Numbered from the stretch's first letter, positions 37,334-48,716 are shown. The stretch is DNA of 64,000 bases from an uncultured Rickettsiales bacterium (GCA_934747265.1 CAKVGI010000005.1:7921-71920); one strand, 5' to 3'. A program made the numbers and translations. The notes: generated by a model not told the origin, from the sequence alone.

Positions 37334-38035
37334 TTAAATATGAAGATTTGTTTGATATATTACTTTTTCGCAAACTTGTGATTTATTGTATGGTACTTGG
37401 TATCTTGAAAAACCTGTTCCAATACAACCACCTCTTATAACTCCGTGATTATATGTTCCATCATCCATTTTTAAATCTATTTTTTCAGAAAAATCAGATT
37501 TTAATTCTCTGTAATATGAATGTATTATTAAAAAAATTCTGTCCTGATTTATTTGATATCTATAATGATTTACGCTACCATACTCCGTCATACCAAAATT
37601 TAATCCAATTGGAAGTTTGTTATTATTTAATATGCTTGGAACAGCATAATTGTTATTCATAACTATACCTTGTCCACCTGGATCTCTTGTTATACTTTGA
37701 GTATTTCTTGGTTGAAAATCGCTAACTTTTTCAATATATAAATCAACAAACGGAGCTGAAATTGAGTTTGGTTTTCCGTATTCTTCGTTTGTGCCATCAT
37801 AAGGATAAGCAAAATCGCATTGGAAAGTTAAATCATTATTACAATCACCAGGTAATCTGCCTTTATAAATTTTAAAAGCCATTATTTCTTGTTCAATATT
37901 TCTTAGATTTGCTACAACATTTCTAATTTTAGCATTTTCAGTTAAATTTGAACTGCCAATAACACCAGATGTTAATAATCCAATTATAACCAATACTATT
38001 GATAATTCTATTAGTGAAAATGCTTTACTGTTCAT
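37334..38035 (-). CDS. Prepilin-type N-terminal cleavage/methylation domain protein (paralog of 18847-19566)
   Basis: It has the class III signal MNSKA/FSLIELSIVLVIIGLL. The motifs LPGD, FVDLYIEK and KMDDGTYNHGVIRGGC are shared with the paralog. Confidence 0.8.
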   Translation of the reverse strand: MNSKAFSLIELSIVLVIIGLLTSGVIGSSNLTENAKIRNVVANLRNIEQEIMAFKIYKGRLPGDCNNDLTFQCDFAYPYDGTNEEYGKPNSISAPFVDLYIEKVSDFQPRNTQSITRDPGGQGIVMNNNYAVPSILNNNKLPIGLNFGMTEYGSVNHYRYQINQDRIFLIIHSYYRELKSDFSEKIDLKMDDGTYNHGVIRGGCIGTGFSRYQVPYNKSQVCEKVIYQTNLHI

Positions 38036-38143
38036 TAATTATTTAAAAATTTATATATTACATAATTGTAATAGAGTAATTTTTATTTTCAAATAATTTA
38101 TTGATTATATGATATTTATTAGTAAATTTTATTTTATAATAGA

Positions 38144-39811
38144 TTAAAACAAACCAATTATTTTACCATTTTTATCAATATCAATATTCTCGGCAACTGG
38201 TATTTTTGGTAAACCCGGCATTGTCATTATATCGCCAGCAATGCAAACAATAAATTCAGCTCCATTTGATAATTTTACGTCGTTGATTGTAATTTTAAAA
38301 TTTTTTGGCGCTCCTAATAAGTTTTTATTATCAGAAAAGGAATATTGAGTTTTTGCAATGCAAATAGGCAATTTATCTCTGTTTAATTCTTCAATTCTTT
38401 TAATTTCTTTTTTGGCGTTTGGAGAAAAAATTACATCCTCTGCGCCATATATTTTTTTTGCTACAATTTCAATTTTATCAACTATCGGTAAAGATTCTTG
38501 ATACAAAACTTTAAAATTACTTTCTTCTTGTGAGTTTATATTTTTTAATACCTTTTCTGCTAAATCAATAGCTCCTTGTCCTCCTTTTCCCCATCCCTCG
38601 CATATACTAAAATCAATATTTACTTCTTTGCAGTAATTTTTTACAAAATTAATTTCTGCCTCGGTATCCGTATTGTATTTATTTAATGCAACAATTACAG
38701 GTATATTATACTTTTTCAAGTTTTCTATGTGCTTAGCTAAATTTACTACGCCTTTTTGTAAAGCTTGTAGATTTTCAATAGATAATTCATCTTTTTTAAC
38801 TCCACCATTGTATTTTAAAGCTTTAATCGTTGCAACTAAAACTGTAGCATATGGTTTTAAATCAGCTTTTCTACATTTTATATCAAAGAATTTTTCAGCT
38901 CCTAAATCAGCTCCAAAACCAGCTTCTGTTATTACATAATCAGACAATTTTAATGCTGTTTTTGTTGCTATTATGCTATTACATCCATGTGCAATATTCG
39001 CGAATGGACCACCATGTATAATTGCAGGAGTTCCTTCAAGTGTTTGAACTAAATTTGGTTTTATTGCATCCTTTAATAATACAGCAATAGCTCCTTCCGC
39101 TTTTAAATCTTTTGCATAAATTGGTTTGTTTTCATTATTATATGCAACTAATATATTACCAACTCGTTTTTTTAAATCTTGCAAATCTGTTGATAAACAT
39201 AATATAGCCATAATTTCTGAGGCAACAGTTATCATATAACCATCCTCTCTACATTTTCCATTGTTATTTAGGCCAATAACTATATTTCTTAGGCTTCTAT
39301 CATTCAAATCAACCGCTCTTTTCCATTGTATTTTGTTTGTATCAATATTCAACTTATTTCCGTGATAAATATGATTATCTATTAATGATGCTAATAGATT
39401 ATGCGCTGTTGTTATTGCATGAATATCGCCAGTAAAATGCAGATTTATATCTTCCATAGGCACAACCTGTGCATACCCACCGCCAGTTGCTCCTCCTTTC
39501 ATTCCAAAACAAGGACCTAAGGATGGCTCTCTTAAAACAACTATACTTTTTTCCCCTAATTTCCACAAAGCTTGACCTAGGCCTATGGTAGTTGTTGTTT
39601 TGCCTTCACCAGCAGGTGTTGGGTTTATTGCAGTTACCAAAATCAATTTTCCATCTTTTTTATCTTTTAAGTCATTTATAAAAGATTGAGAAATTTTTGC
39701 CTTATATTTTCCAAATAACTCTAAATTATCCTCATGTATACCAATTTTTTTTGCTATTTCTATAATTGGTAATTTTTTACTTTCTCTTGCAATTTCAATA
39801 TCTGTTTTCAT
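38144..39811 (-). CDS. fhs: Formate-tetrahydrofolate ligase
   Basis: Motifs present: [38 protein letters not shown] and [15 protein letters not shown]. Confidence 0.96.
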   Translation of the reverse strand: MKTDIEIARESKKLPIIEIAKKIGIHEDNLELFGKYKAKISQSFINDLKDKKDGKLILVTAINPTPAGEGKTTTTIGLGQALWKLGEKSIVVLREPSLGPCFGMKGGATGGGYAQVVPMEDINLHFTGDIHAITTAHNLLASLIDNHIYHGNKLNIDTNKIQWKRAVDLNDRSLRNIVIGLNNNGKCREDGYMITVASEIMAILCLSTDLQDLKKRVGNILVAYNNENKPIYAKDLKAEGAIAVLLKDAIKPNLVQTLEGTPAIIHGGPFANIAHGCNSIIATKTALKLSDYVITEAGFGADLGAEKFFDIKCRKADLKPYATVLVATIKALKYNGGVKKDELSIENLQALQKGVVNLAKHIENLKKYNIPVIVALNKYNTDTEAEINFVKNYCKEVNIDFSICEGWGKGGQGAIDLAEKVLKNINSQEESNFKVLYQESLPIVDKIEIVAKKIYGAEDVIFSPNAKKEIKRIEELNRDKLPICIAKTQYSFSDNKNLLGAPKNFKITINDVKLSNGAEFIVCIAGDIMTMPGLPKIPVAENIDIDKNGKIIGLF

Positions 39812-39953
39812 AAGTGGAAAATGTTTTTTATTATAATAAAATATTTTTTTAAAAAAACAATGTTTTATATATTAAATATTAAAACAGTAATATCTTGCAA
39901 TTAATAAAAATAATGTCATAATTTAACGTATGTTATTTTAAATAAGTTGGACT

Positions 39954-41297
39954 ATGCAAGAAATAAAATGTTTAAAACCAAAAGATTTAGTGAAAGAATT
40001 AGATAGATATATTATAGGACAAAATGAAGCAAAAAAAGCTGTTGCGATTGCTTTAAGAAATAGATATAGGAGAAAAATGGTTGAAAAACCATTGAGAGAT
40101 GAAATTGTTCCAAAAAATATTCTTATGATTGGCCCAACTGGTGTTGGAAAAACTGAAATTGCTAGAAGAATTGCAAAACTAACAGATGCACCTTTTGTGA
40201 AAGTTGAAGCTACAAATTTTACCGAAGTTGGTTATGTGGGAAAGGATGTTGACAGTATTATAAAGGATTTGGTTGATGTATCCGTAAAAAGAGAAAGAAA
40301 AAGAGCTAATGAAAAAAATGAGGCGAAAGCCAAAGAAATTGCAAAAAATAAAATTCTAGACATAATGCTTGAAATATTTCCCGAAAGTTCCGAGGAAAAA
40401 GTAAAAGAAAGGGAAAAATTGTCTAAGTTATTTGATGATGGCGAATTGTTTGATAGAGATATAGAGATTGATATTGTAGAGCAACCAAAATCAATAATAG
40501 ATCAAATAGATTTACCAGATGGATCTGGCCATATTGGTATGATTAGTATAGGTGAAATTGTTGGAAAAGGATTTGGTTTAGATAAGAAAAAAAAGAAAAA
40601 ATTAAAGGTGAAAGAAGCTTTTGATATTTTTGTTGAAGATGAAGAAGATGAGTTGTTAGATGAAGAAAAGGTTATGAGAATTGCGATACAAAAAGTTGAA
40701 GATGATGGTATAGTTTTTATAGATGAAATAGATAAAGTTTCAATGAGGGATAATGGTTCTTTAAAGGGCGCTAATGTTTCAAGAGAAGGTGTACAGAGGG
40801 ATTTATTACCACTTATAGAAGGTACAACAATTAATACAAGATACGGAATTGTAAAAACAGATCACATTTTATTCATTGCATCTGGTGCTTTTCACAATTC
40901 AAGCGTTTCTGATTTATTGCCGGAATTTCAGGGTAGATTCCCAATTAGAGTTCAATTAAATAAATTAACAGAAAATGATTTTGTTAAGATTCTAAAAGAG
41001 CCAGATAGTAGCCTGGTAAACCAATATATAGCATTAATGAAAACTGAAAATATAGATCTTAGTTTTACAAAAGATGGAATCAAAGAAATTGCTAGTTTAG
41101 CTGATAAAATGAACGAGGAAGTTGAAAATATTGGAGCTAGGAGATTGCACACTTTAATTGAGAAAATACTTGAAGATTTAAGTTTTGAAGCATCAGAAAT
41201 GGAGAGTGGTACAAAAATTAAGATAGATAAGAAATATGTAAACGAACATATAGGTGATTTAAATAAGAAGATTGATATAACTAAGTTTATATTATAG
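39954..41297 (+). CDS. hslU: ATP-dependent protease ATPase subunit HslU
   Basis: PKDLVKELDRYIIGQNEAKKAVAIALRNRYRR, Walker A GPTGVGKTEIARR, and FIDEIDK are present. Confidence 0.95.
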   Translation: MQEIKCLKPKDLVKELDRYIIGQNEAKKAVAIALRNRYRRKMVEKPLRDEIVPKNILMIGPTGVGKTEIARRIAKLTDAPFVKVEATNFTEVGYVGKDVDSIIKDLVDVSVKRERKRANEKNEAKAKEIAKNKILDIMLEIFPESSEEKVKEREKLSKLFDDGELFDRDIEIDIVEQPKSIIDQIDLPDGSGHIGMISIGEIVGKGFGLDKKKKKKLKVKEAFDIFVEDEEDELLDEEKVMRIAIQKVEDDGIVFIDEIDKVSMRDNGSLKGANVSREGVQRDLLPLIEGTTINTRYGIVKTDHILFIASGAFHNSSVSDLLPEFQGRFPIRVQLNKLTENDFVKILKEPDSSLVNQYIALMKTENIDLSFTKDGIKEIASLADKMNEEVENIGARRLHTLIEKILEDLSFEASEMESGTKIKIDKKYVNEHIGDLNKKIDITKFIL

Positions 41298-41428
41298 CAT
41301 ATTTTGAGAGGATTTTTTAATTATTTATAAGCCTTTTTATTGTAAATATCTTTTTATTGTTGGTGGAAATGAATCCAATTGGAAAAATATAATTTTTTAA
41401 TAGGTAATTTAACTATTGATATTATTTA

Positions 41429-42586
41429 TTAGAAAAATAAAACATCTTCATTTATTGAGAAAATGTCATTTATTTTTTCAAAATCTGTTTCTATTTTTTC
41501 TAAGTTGTCATTTTTTAATAATACATTAAATGATGTTTTATCAATATGTGGAATTAAATTATTATCTATTCCTTCAATTATTGATGTAAAAATACCAATC
41601 AATACTAGTTGCAAATCGGCACAAGCTGATGGTATTCTATATTCTATTCTTCTATTTTTATTATCTTCTTCAATATAATTTTCTATAATTATATTTGATG
41701 GTGTAGGTATCCTAACGCAGGTACTTCTATTATTGATACCCCAACTTATATATGTTGGTGCCGGATATTTGTTATTATCAACTATATACTGATTTTTTTT
41801 AATATCAAATCTATCAAGACATTTATAATCTTTTATGTACAATAATAGATTATTATTGATATTTTTTAATAACCCAGCCATACAATTAAGTAAAAGTTGA
41901 CTTTCTTGCATTATATTTTTTTCATTTTTTTGTCTAGCGAATAAATTTTTATTATTTTGATCTATAATTGAAAAATTTATTTGCAAAGCACTACCACAAT
42001 CATTCTCAAATGGTGAAGCTTCAAGGTTTAATTCTAAATTATTATTATCTGCAAAATTGTTTAATATATCTATTATTTTAAAATAATCTTCTACAAATTT
42101 TTTTATATTTGTTGTTGGGACGGTTTTTATTTCAAATTGATTTTCTCCCATTTCCTTTTCTATATTTTCAATATTTGGCAAGTATTTTTTTAATTCTTTT
42201 ACAATATCAATATTTTTTATATTATTTAATATGTAAAATTCTAATTCTAATCCAATTTTCACTTTGAAATCATAAGATTTTTGTAAAATTTCTAATAAAT
42301 TATTGAAAATTGCTTTTTTATGTTTTTTTAATATTATAAATAGTGGCGAATTTACATAAAATGGTTCTGTATTCTTTGGTTGTAAAGAATAAAAGTCATA
42401 CGTTTTATGATCTAAAACAATATCAATTTCTTTATTGGTATTCGGAATAGCTTTATGTATAAAAATATTATCTTTCTTTTTAAATAAGCTACTCCTAATA
42501 TTTTTGTATATTTTTTTAAAAAACAAAAGAGACTCTTTATAATATATAAAGTAAAATCTCTTTAATTGAAACAAAATCCTAAACAT
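41429..42586 (-). CDS. Glutamine synthetase-family catalytic-domain protein, divergent
   Basis: KIGLELEFYIL, GENQFEIKT, APTYISWGINNRSTCVRIP and RIEYRIPSACADLQL resemble GS motifs. The GSGxHxH region reads GSALQINFS. No beta-grasp N-domain is recognisable. The start codon is uncertain. Confidence 0.5.
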   Translation of the reverse strand: MFRILFQLKRFYFIYYKESLLFFKKIYKNIRSSLFKKKDNIFIHKAIPNTNKEIDIVLDHKTYDFYSLQPKNTEPFYVNSPLFIILKKHKKAIFNNLLEILQKSYDFKVKIGLELEFYILNNIKNIDIVKELKKYLPNIENIEKEMGENQFEIKTVPTTNIKKFVEDYFKIIDILNNFADNNNLELNLEASPFENDCGSALQINFSIIDQNNKNLFARQKNEKNIMQESQLLLNCMAGLLKNINNNLLLYIKDYKCLDRFDIKKNQYIVDNNKYPAPTYISWGINNRSTCVRIPTPSNIIIENYIEEDNKNRRIEYRIPSACADLQLVLIGIFTSIIEGIDNNLIPHIDKTSFNVLLKNDNLEKIETDFEKINDIFSINEDVLFF

Positions 42587-42595
42587 TAGTAATTA

Positions 42596-42904
42596 TTATA
42601 TATTACTATCTATCCATGTCTTGATTATAGTTTTTGAGGCTAAACCAGTTCTTTGAGCAGTCATTTTTCCATCTTTGAATATCATCAAACAAGGAACGCC
42701 CATTATATTAAATTTATTTGGTATAACTCTATTATCATCAACATTAAACTTAACAACTTTTAATTTGCCTTCATATTCCGATGTTATTTCGTCTATTATT
42801 GGTAATAACATTCTGCATGGTCCACACCAAGGAGCCCAGAAGTCCACTAAAACAGTTCCTTCTTGTACAGCAGCATCAAAAGTTTCATCATTTAATTCAG
42901 ACAT
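42596..42904 (-). CDS. trxA: Thioredoxin
   Basis: It has the active site WAPWCGPCR and is 102 aa long. Confidence 0.93.
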   Translation of the reverse strand: MSELNDETFDAAVQEGTVLVDFWAPWCGPCRMLLPIIDEITSEYEGKLKVVKFNVDDNRVIPNKFNIMGVPCLMIFKDGKMTAQRTGLASKTIIKTWIDSNI

Positions 42905-42963
42905 CTTTTACCTCTTAAAATATTTATAAAAAATAAAAAAGCCTCTACATTTATTTCGTTTAA

Positions 42964-43236
42964 CTATTCATTATTATCGTTATTATCTTTTTCTTCATTT
43001 TCATCTTCACTTTCTTCAAGTCCAATTTCCGATAATGGAATATTATTTTCTTTTGCTATCCTTTTAATTTCTTCTCTTTCATCGGATAATAATTTTGCAC
43101 AGTAGTCTCTTAATTCAACAGCTTCTTGATAAATCTTTCCTACATCTTGACCATCTTCATCTTTCTCCAATAAAGAAATCTTTTCTTCAAACAATTTCAT
43201 AGCTTCATCAAAGCTCATTCCTTCGTATTTTTCCAT
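42964..43236 (-). CDS. xseB: Exodeoxyribonuclease VII small subunit-like protein with an acidic tail
   Basis: MSFDEAMKLFEEKISLLEK...YQEAVELRDYCAKLL fits the XseB helical hairpin pattern. The similarity was judged by eye only. Confidence 0.5.
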   Translation of the reverse strand: MEKYEGMSFDEAMKLFEEKISLLEKDEDGQDVGKIYQEAVELRDYCAKLLSDEREEIKRIAKENNIPLSEIGLEESEDENEEKDNNDNNE

Positions 43237-44258
43237 AATATTATACTATTGTTAGTTAAACTTACATCTATTTTAATTCAATAAAATTAAAAATAAAGTG
43301 TTTTTATGAATAAAATTTGATATTGTAACAATTTAACATATGTATATCACGAACAGTTTAGCAAGTGTTTACTATTATTACATCTGATGTTTTGTAGATA
43401 AAGCTTAATAAAAGAGAACAATAAAGTAAAATGTTTTGATACTCACGCTTTAACATAGGAAATGCCGTCTAAATTATCTACATTGTCTTTCATGAAATTT
43501 TAAAAGTTGAAAAAAATATAATGATACACTAGAAATATGATAATATGAAGTTCAAATAAAATTTTGGCGTAGGTTGGTGGTATTGTTTTTGCTGTCGTTA
43601 TTTTTTTATTATCTACTAGTTTATTTTCTTTATTATTAATTTAATCAATAAATTAAATAATTTATTATATTTACACTATTACCCTTACCCTCTATCAATC
43701 TTATATATCATCAATTAACCCCTTTTATTCACCACCTCCCTATTCAACATTCAGTCATTAATCATACTCTACAATCTATAAACATATCTGCAACATAAAT
43801 ACATAAAGATAATTTAAATTAATTATTAATTAATAGAAAAGTATATTTTTTATATTATTTGTGTAGTAGTGGTAGTTTTTAAAACATATTTCTAGAATTG
43901 TTTTATATAAGAATGAGACTTATGCTAAATTATATTAAAAAGAAATACTATAAAAAAGTGTATTTAACTACTCATATTACTATACATTGATTAATTAAAT
44001 AATTGAGCGATTAATTGGGATTGATTAATAACTTTGGTTAATTTTATTAATGTTTAATCAATAAAATTTTTATTATAGACTAACTTTTATATTTAAAATA
44101 ATAAAATTTAACAATATCAATATCTAGTGCAAAATAAACCTTGATTTTTTAAATAAATATCTATATCTTGATAATCTGAGATTAGTCAAATTGTAAAATT
44201 ATTGGGTGTTTTACAAAATACTATTCTTATATTATTAATTTACCCGAAAATAAAAAAT

Positions 44259-45941
44259 ATGTCAGAAGAAAAAACTTATTTAAGCGAAGATTTTGAAACA
44301 TTGCTTAATGAATTTGAAAATGAGACACAATCTTTTGAAGAAGGTAGTGTTGTAAAAGGTGTTATCGTTGATATGGATGATAAAGCTGTTGGTATTGATA
44401 TTGGTTCTAAATCAATTGGTTATATTCCAATTAGTGAATTTAAAGATGAAGACATTAAACTCGGCGATGTTGTTGATGTTTACTTGAATAAAATTGAAAA
44501 TAAAAAAGGCGAGCTATTAATTAGTAGAGAAACCGCAAAAAAATATCAAACTTGGAATAATCTTAAAGATTACATGAACAATAGAACTGTTATTGATGGT
44601 AAAGTTCTTGGTAAAGTAAAAGGTGGTTTTGCTATTGAATTAGGCGGTGTTATTGCCTTCTTACCAAAAAGCCAAGTTGATACAGCTGATTTAGTAAATA
44701 TGAATGGCTTAGTTGGTCAAAAAGATAAATTCATGGTTCTTAAAATAGATGATGTTAGAGGTAATGTTGTTGTTTCTAAGAGAGCTATTTTAGATGAGCA
44801 AAGAAATAAAGAAAGAGAAGAAATTCTATCCAAAATTAAAGTTGGCGATGTAATTGAAGGTATCGTAAAGAACTTAACAGATTATGGTGCATTTATTGAT
44901 TTTGGAAGCTTTGATGGTTTATTACACTTAACAGATATTTCTTGGTGTAGAGTTAGACATCCAAGTGATGTATTAAAAGTTGGACAAAATATTAAAGTTC
45001 AAGTTATTAAGTATGATCCAGAAACAAAGAAAGTTTCTTTGGGTATGAAACAATTGCAAGAAAATCCTTGGGAAACAATCAATACAAAATATCCAATTGG
45101 TAAAATCACAAAAGGTAAAGTTACAACCATTGCTCAATATGGTGTATTTGTTGAGATTGACAACGGAATTGAAGGTTTAGTTCATATTTCTGAAATGTCA
45201 TGGTTCAAAAATAATCTTTCACCAGCAAAAGTATTATCTGTTGGACAAGAAATTGATGTTATGATTCTTGATATTGATTCTGAACATCACAGAATTTCAT
45301 TAGGTATCAAGCAAACAACTCCAAATCCTTGGAAGGAATTTGCAGAATCTCATTCTGTTGGTGATATTCTTGAAGGTGTAATCAAAAATATTACAGAATT
45401 TGGTTTATTTGTTGAATTCCCAAGTGGTGTTGACGGTTTAGTTCATGTATCTGATTTAGAAAGTGAAGAAGATATCAAAAAATACAACAAAAATGATAAA
45501 GTTAAAGTTGTATTATTGGGAACTAACTACGAACAAGAAAGAATTAGCATTGGTATAAAACAATTAAAATATGATTTAAAAGAAGAAATCAAAAAGTTTG
45601 AAAAAGGTGCAGACGTTTCTTGCATAGTAAAAACCGTTAAAAAAGAATATCTTGAAGTTGAAGTTGAATGCGGTTTAAAGGCTATTATTAAGAGAATTGA
45701 TGTAGCAAAAGACAAAAAAGATCAAAAAACCGATAAATTCAAAGTTGGCGAAAAACTTGAAGGAAAAATATTCATTTTTGATGCAAACACTGGAAAGTTC
45801 TTGATTTCATTAAAACCAATTTCTGATATTGAAGAAAATATTGAAGAGGAAGAAGAATTTGATATTGATCAATATACAGGAAGTGATACAGGAACTACAT
45901 TAGGTAGTGTTTTTGGAAATTTATTTGAACAAATGAAATAG
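44259..45941 (+). CDS. rpsA: 30S ribosomal protein S1 (six S1 domains)
   Basis: It has repeated S1 motifs (G.V....D.GAFIDFG..DGLLH.S, etc.). The start is taken at ATG 44259 (MSEEKTYL). Confidence 0.95.
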   Translation: MSEEKTYLSEDFETLLNEFENETQSFEEGSVVKGVIVDMDDKAVGIDIGSKSIGYIPISEFKDEDIKLGDVVDVYLNKIENKKGELLISRETAKKYQTWNNLKDYMNNRTVIDGKVLGKVKGGFAIELGGVIAFLPKSQVDTADLVNMNGLVGQKDKFMVLKIDDVRGNVVVSKRAILDEQRNKEREEILSKIKVGDVIEGIVKNLTDYGAFIDFGSFDGLLHLTDISWCRVRHPSDVLKVGQNIKVQVIKYDPETKKVSLGMKQLQENPWETINTKYPIGKITKGKVTTIAQYGVFVEIDNGIEGLVHISEMSWFKNNLSPAKVLSVGQEIDVMILDIDSEHHRISLGIKQTTPNPWKEFAESHSVGDILEGVIKNITEFGLFVEFPSGVDGLVHVSDLESEEDIKKYNKNDKVKVVLLGTNYEQERISIGIKQLKYDLKEEIKKFEKGADVSCIVKTVKKEYLEVEVECGLKAIIKRIDVAKDKKDQKTDKFKVGEKLEGKIFIFDANTGKFLISLKPISDIEENIEEEEEFDIDQYTGSDTGTTLGSVFGNLFEQMK

Positions 45942-45962
45942 TTTTGAATAAATGATAATTTA

Positions 45963-45991
45963 AAAGCTATCACTTAAAGTGGTAGCTTTTT
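45963..45991 (+). terminator. Intrinsic terminator after rpsA
   Basis: AAAGCTATCAC-ttaaa-GTGGTAGCTTT followed by TT. Confidence 0.75.
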
Positions 45992-46251
45992 GTACTTTTA
46001 AAAGCAAAATTAATATAATAAAAATATTTTTGTATTGTTAATTTTTTTATAAAAAACAATATTTTTTAAAAATGTTAATAATTTTAATTGATATTTAGTA
46101 TCATAGATAATAAGATTGTTTTAGTCAAAAGATGTAAAAGATTCTTATAGTAAGGTTTTAAAAAATATAAAAATTTGTGAAAAATATTTAATAAAAGATA
46201 CGATAATGCAAGGTAAAGGCATAATATAGAACTTAAATATCCACCTCCACC

Positions 46252-46616
46252 CCAAGCTACCTCCACACCATTTATTAACATCTTTGATGATAATATCGTA
46301 ATCTATATCTGCACCAATATGCGTAAGTATTACCCTTTTTAATTGTATCTATTTAATATAAAGTTCTTTGTATGTTTTAGATGTATTACAGTCTATATTT
46401 TAAATCATATTCTAAGTTGTTGAATTTTAAACACTTTCCGGTGAAATCCGTATGGTTTCACAAATAGAAGCAAGATTAAAAGAAGCTGAAAAACTTGGTT
46501 TCACAAAAGCCATCGTCCCAGAGGGGATATTTAATATAAAGCAATTCAAGCCAGAAAAGCATAAGATAAAGATTTATCCTGCGAAACATATAAGGGATGT
46601 GGCGAGGTTTATGAAT
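46252..46616. repeat. Island direct repeat, copy 1 (365 bp; right half encodes the last ~57 codons of RadA/Sms)
   Basis: The fragment reads ...SGEIRMVSQIEARLKEAEKLGFTKAIVPEGI...VARFMN. It is preceded by an in-frame stop, so it is only a 3' gene fragment. It is about 99% identical to copy 2. Confidence 0.9.
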
Positions 46617-46700
46617 TGTGGAGAAAAATAAATATTCCACACAGTATTTAATCTTTAAACTGACACTACATGGAATATTTAAATACCACAAAACAAGAAT

Positions 46701-48671
46701 TTATAATTTTTTCCCTGCTCCAAAAATTTCAGCCATTTGTTTATCAAGTTTTTGTTGAGCTTCTCTCATTTTTAATTTTTCAGTCTCTAAAAGAGGAAGA
46801 TCTGACGTCTGTTCTATTCTACCCTTTCCTATTTTTAATGGTATACTCAATTCCGTATTTGGAGCTACTCCATAATGATGAGCTATCTCAGGATTTGATA
46901 TAAATACGTTATAACTTTCGGTATGTGTACCTATGCCAAAACAGAAGTCGCTAACCAATCTAATAATAGCAGCGGATGGTAACATAGATGCTCCCGTATC
47001 TGTATTAGAATGTAAACCAGCTCTCTGTTGTGCTGATATTTCTCCGCCCATTCTCCTTGTCGCCGACACAATGCTTTCCAATTTCTTTCTTTCGGCTTCT
47101 TTAAATTCTTCCTCCAAACCTGAATCAGAGAATTTTATATCACCAGAGATTACTGGAAATATATTTTTCCCGGTTGACATAGTCAAACTCTTTAAAATTG
47201 GTGTCATACTGGAATTATGATAGCCTATCATTAAACCATTACTTGATAATCCAATCTCTGACTTAATATTCTGTCTTAATCTTGTAGAATCCACAGCACC
47301 ACTTAGTCCAATAATATTCATATCTTTTGCAATACTTCTTGATATATGACACATCATGTCAACTTGATTTGTAAGTATAAGCGCTAATGCTTTTGGGCAA
47401 AAAGTATTTAATTGCATAAAAATTTTTTTAATCATTTCAGCATTAACCAGCGATTGTGCATTTCTACCACTTGGATCTATCTTTTTAAGCCTTACTTTCT
47501 CTTCTTCATTTGGTCACTTAGCAGCACTACATATAACAATATTAGAGTTTTTTGTTTTTGAATAATCATTTGTTATTATAAACCTTATATTACCTCCCTT
47601 ACCCGCTATTTCTAAACTGCCAATTACATCCTTAACAAAACCACTTAATCTTATCAAACTATCTTCACTACTGGAACCAATTAACACAAGTTCTACATTT
47701 TCATTGGCTGGTGTTATATTACATATATCTTGTATAGCCTTTTTTCCTATTTTGCCACCTGCTCCAATATATGTAATTTTTGTTCTAGATTTCTCATCCC
47801 AAATTGCTCTTGATTTTTCCAATAAATCTATAAATTGTCTTTGCGTACTTATAATTCTTGCTGGATTATCTGGATTTATTTTTGATAATCTCTCTAAATT
47901 TTTAGGAGAAATTTCATCTCTTACTATTTCAGTATAAAGTATTGGAATACAACCAGATCTAAAAGCACATCTTACATCAGCAAAAGCATCACCCATAAAT
48001 AATATAGTATCGCTTTTTGGATCTAAAGAGTTTTTTAATAAATATTGATTTATAATCATTGGATTTGGCTTTGTATAGCCCGTAGTCTCTGGTGTCAAAA
48101 TAGAATCGAAATATTTTCTAAATCCAAATATATCTAAAAATTTTTCAACAAAAATATTATCTCTATTGCTAACTATAAAAGCTTTTATTCCATTTTCCCT
48201 GCAATAATTTAATGTTGCTTCTATATTTGGTATTAATGGCATTCTATCAATATTGTCAATTAAAAGCCGCAGATACTCCTGATATGCTTGCTCTGCTATT
48301 TCTTCTCCAAAAAAATTTGGAAAATTTTCTTTCATTGATTTAGCTTTATCTTTCTTTAATCTGGTACCACCTTCCCAAGTTGGCATACCATATTTTGTTA
48401 AAACAAAATTTATAGACTCTAAATCAATTCTATGAGAATCTAAAATTGTGCTGCTCAAATCAAAAAATATAACTTTTGGTTTTTCTTTTAATAATTTATT
48501 CTCCATTTTTTTGCTTATAATAGTTCCTATAATGTTATAAACTTTATTTAGCATACTAAATATGCTTTCATTTAATTTTACATCAACCACATTTAGTCTA
48601 ACATTATCTTTGCAAATGTTAATAGAGTTAATGTATGTTTGGCATTGTCTAATATTTTCATTGATTTTCAA
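46701..48671 (-). pseudogene. HAD-phosphatase-like / LDH-MDH-like fusion gene interrupted by a single in-frame TGA (47514-47516)
   Basis: ORFs 47514-48671 and 46701-47435 are in the same frame, and the 78 nt between them are open. The read-through product aligns end to end with the 36253-37266 protein: VICSAAK*PNEEE...IDPSGRNAQSLVNAEMIKKIF against VICSAGKHATKEE...IDPSGRLVQSKINSEMIKNIF. HAD motif I is degenerate (FFDLSST). Confidence 0.7.
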
Positions 48672-48716
48672 AAGTATATATTTAATATATACATATCAAT
48701 AATATTCAATTATTTT

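Noticed and set aside
43681-43800. Treating the G-depleted tract upstream of rpsA as a confirmed third copy of the 26-bp repeat array
   Set aside because: Only vague resemblance exists (C-runs, a few TATCA-like cores). No regular period or alignable units are visible by eye, and its polarity relative to rpsA is opposite to the other two arrays. It is kept only as a low-interest observation.
46084-46903. Tracked ORFs 46084-46281, 46476-46691 and 46670-46903 around repeat copy 1
   Set aside because: They run through or antisense to the repeat, the radA fragment or the MDH-like gene end. They are not preserved as ORFs in the other repeat copies and have hydrophobic, low-complexity translations.
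47514-47516. Genome-wide UGA reassignment (code 4 or 25) as the explanation for the in-frame TGA
   Set aside because: TGA ends several well-supported genes at the expected position. Examples are mrdA at 7018-7020, the epsilon-like gene at 14972-14974 within an ATGA overlap, and the small membrane ORF at 15241-15243. All large conserved genes are uninterrupted under the standard code.
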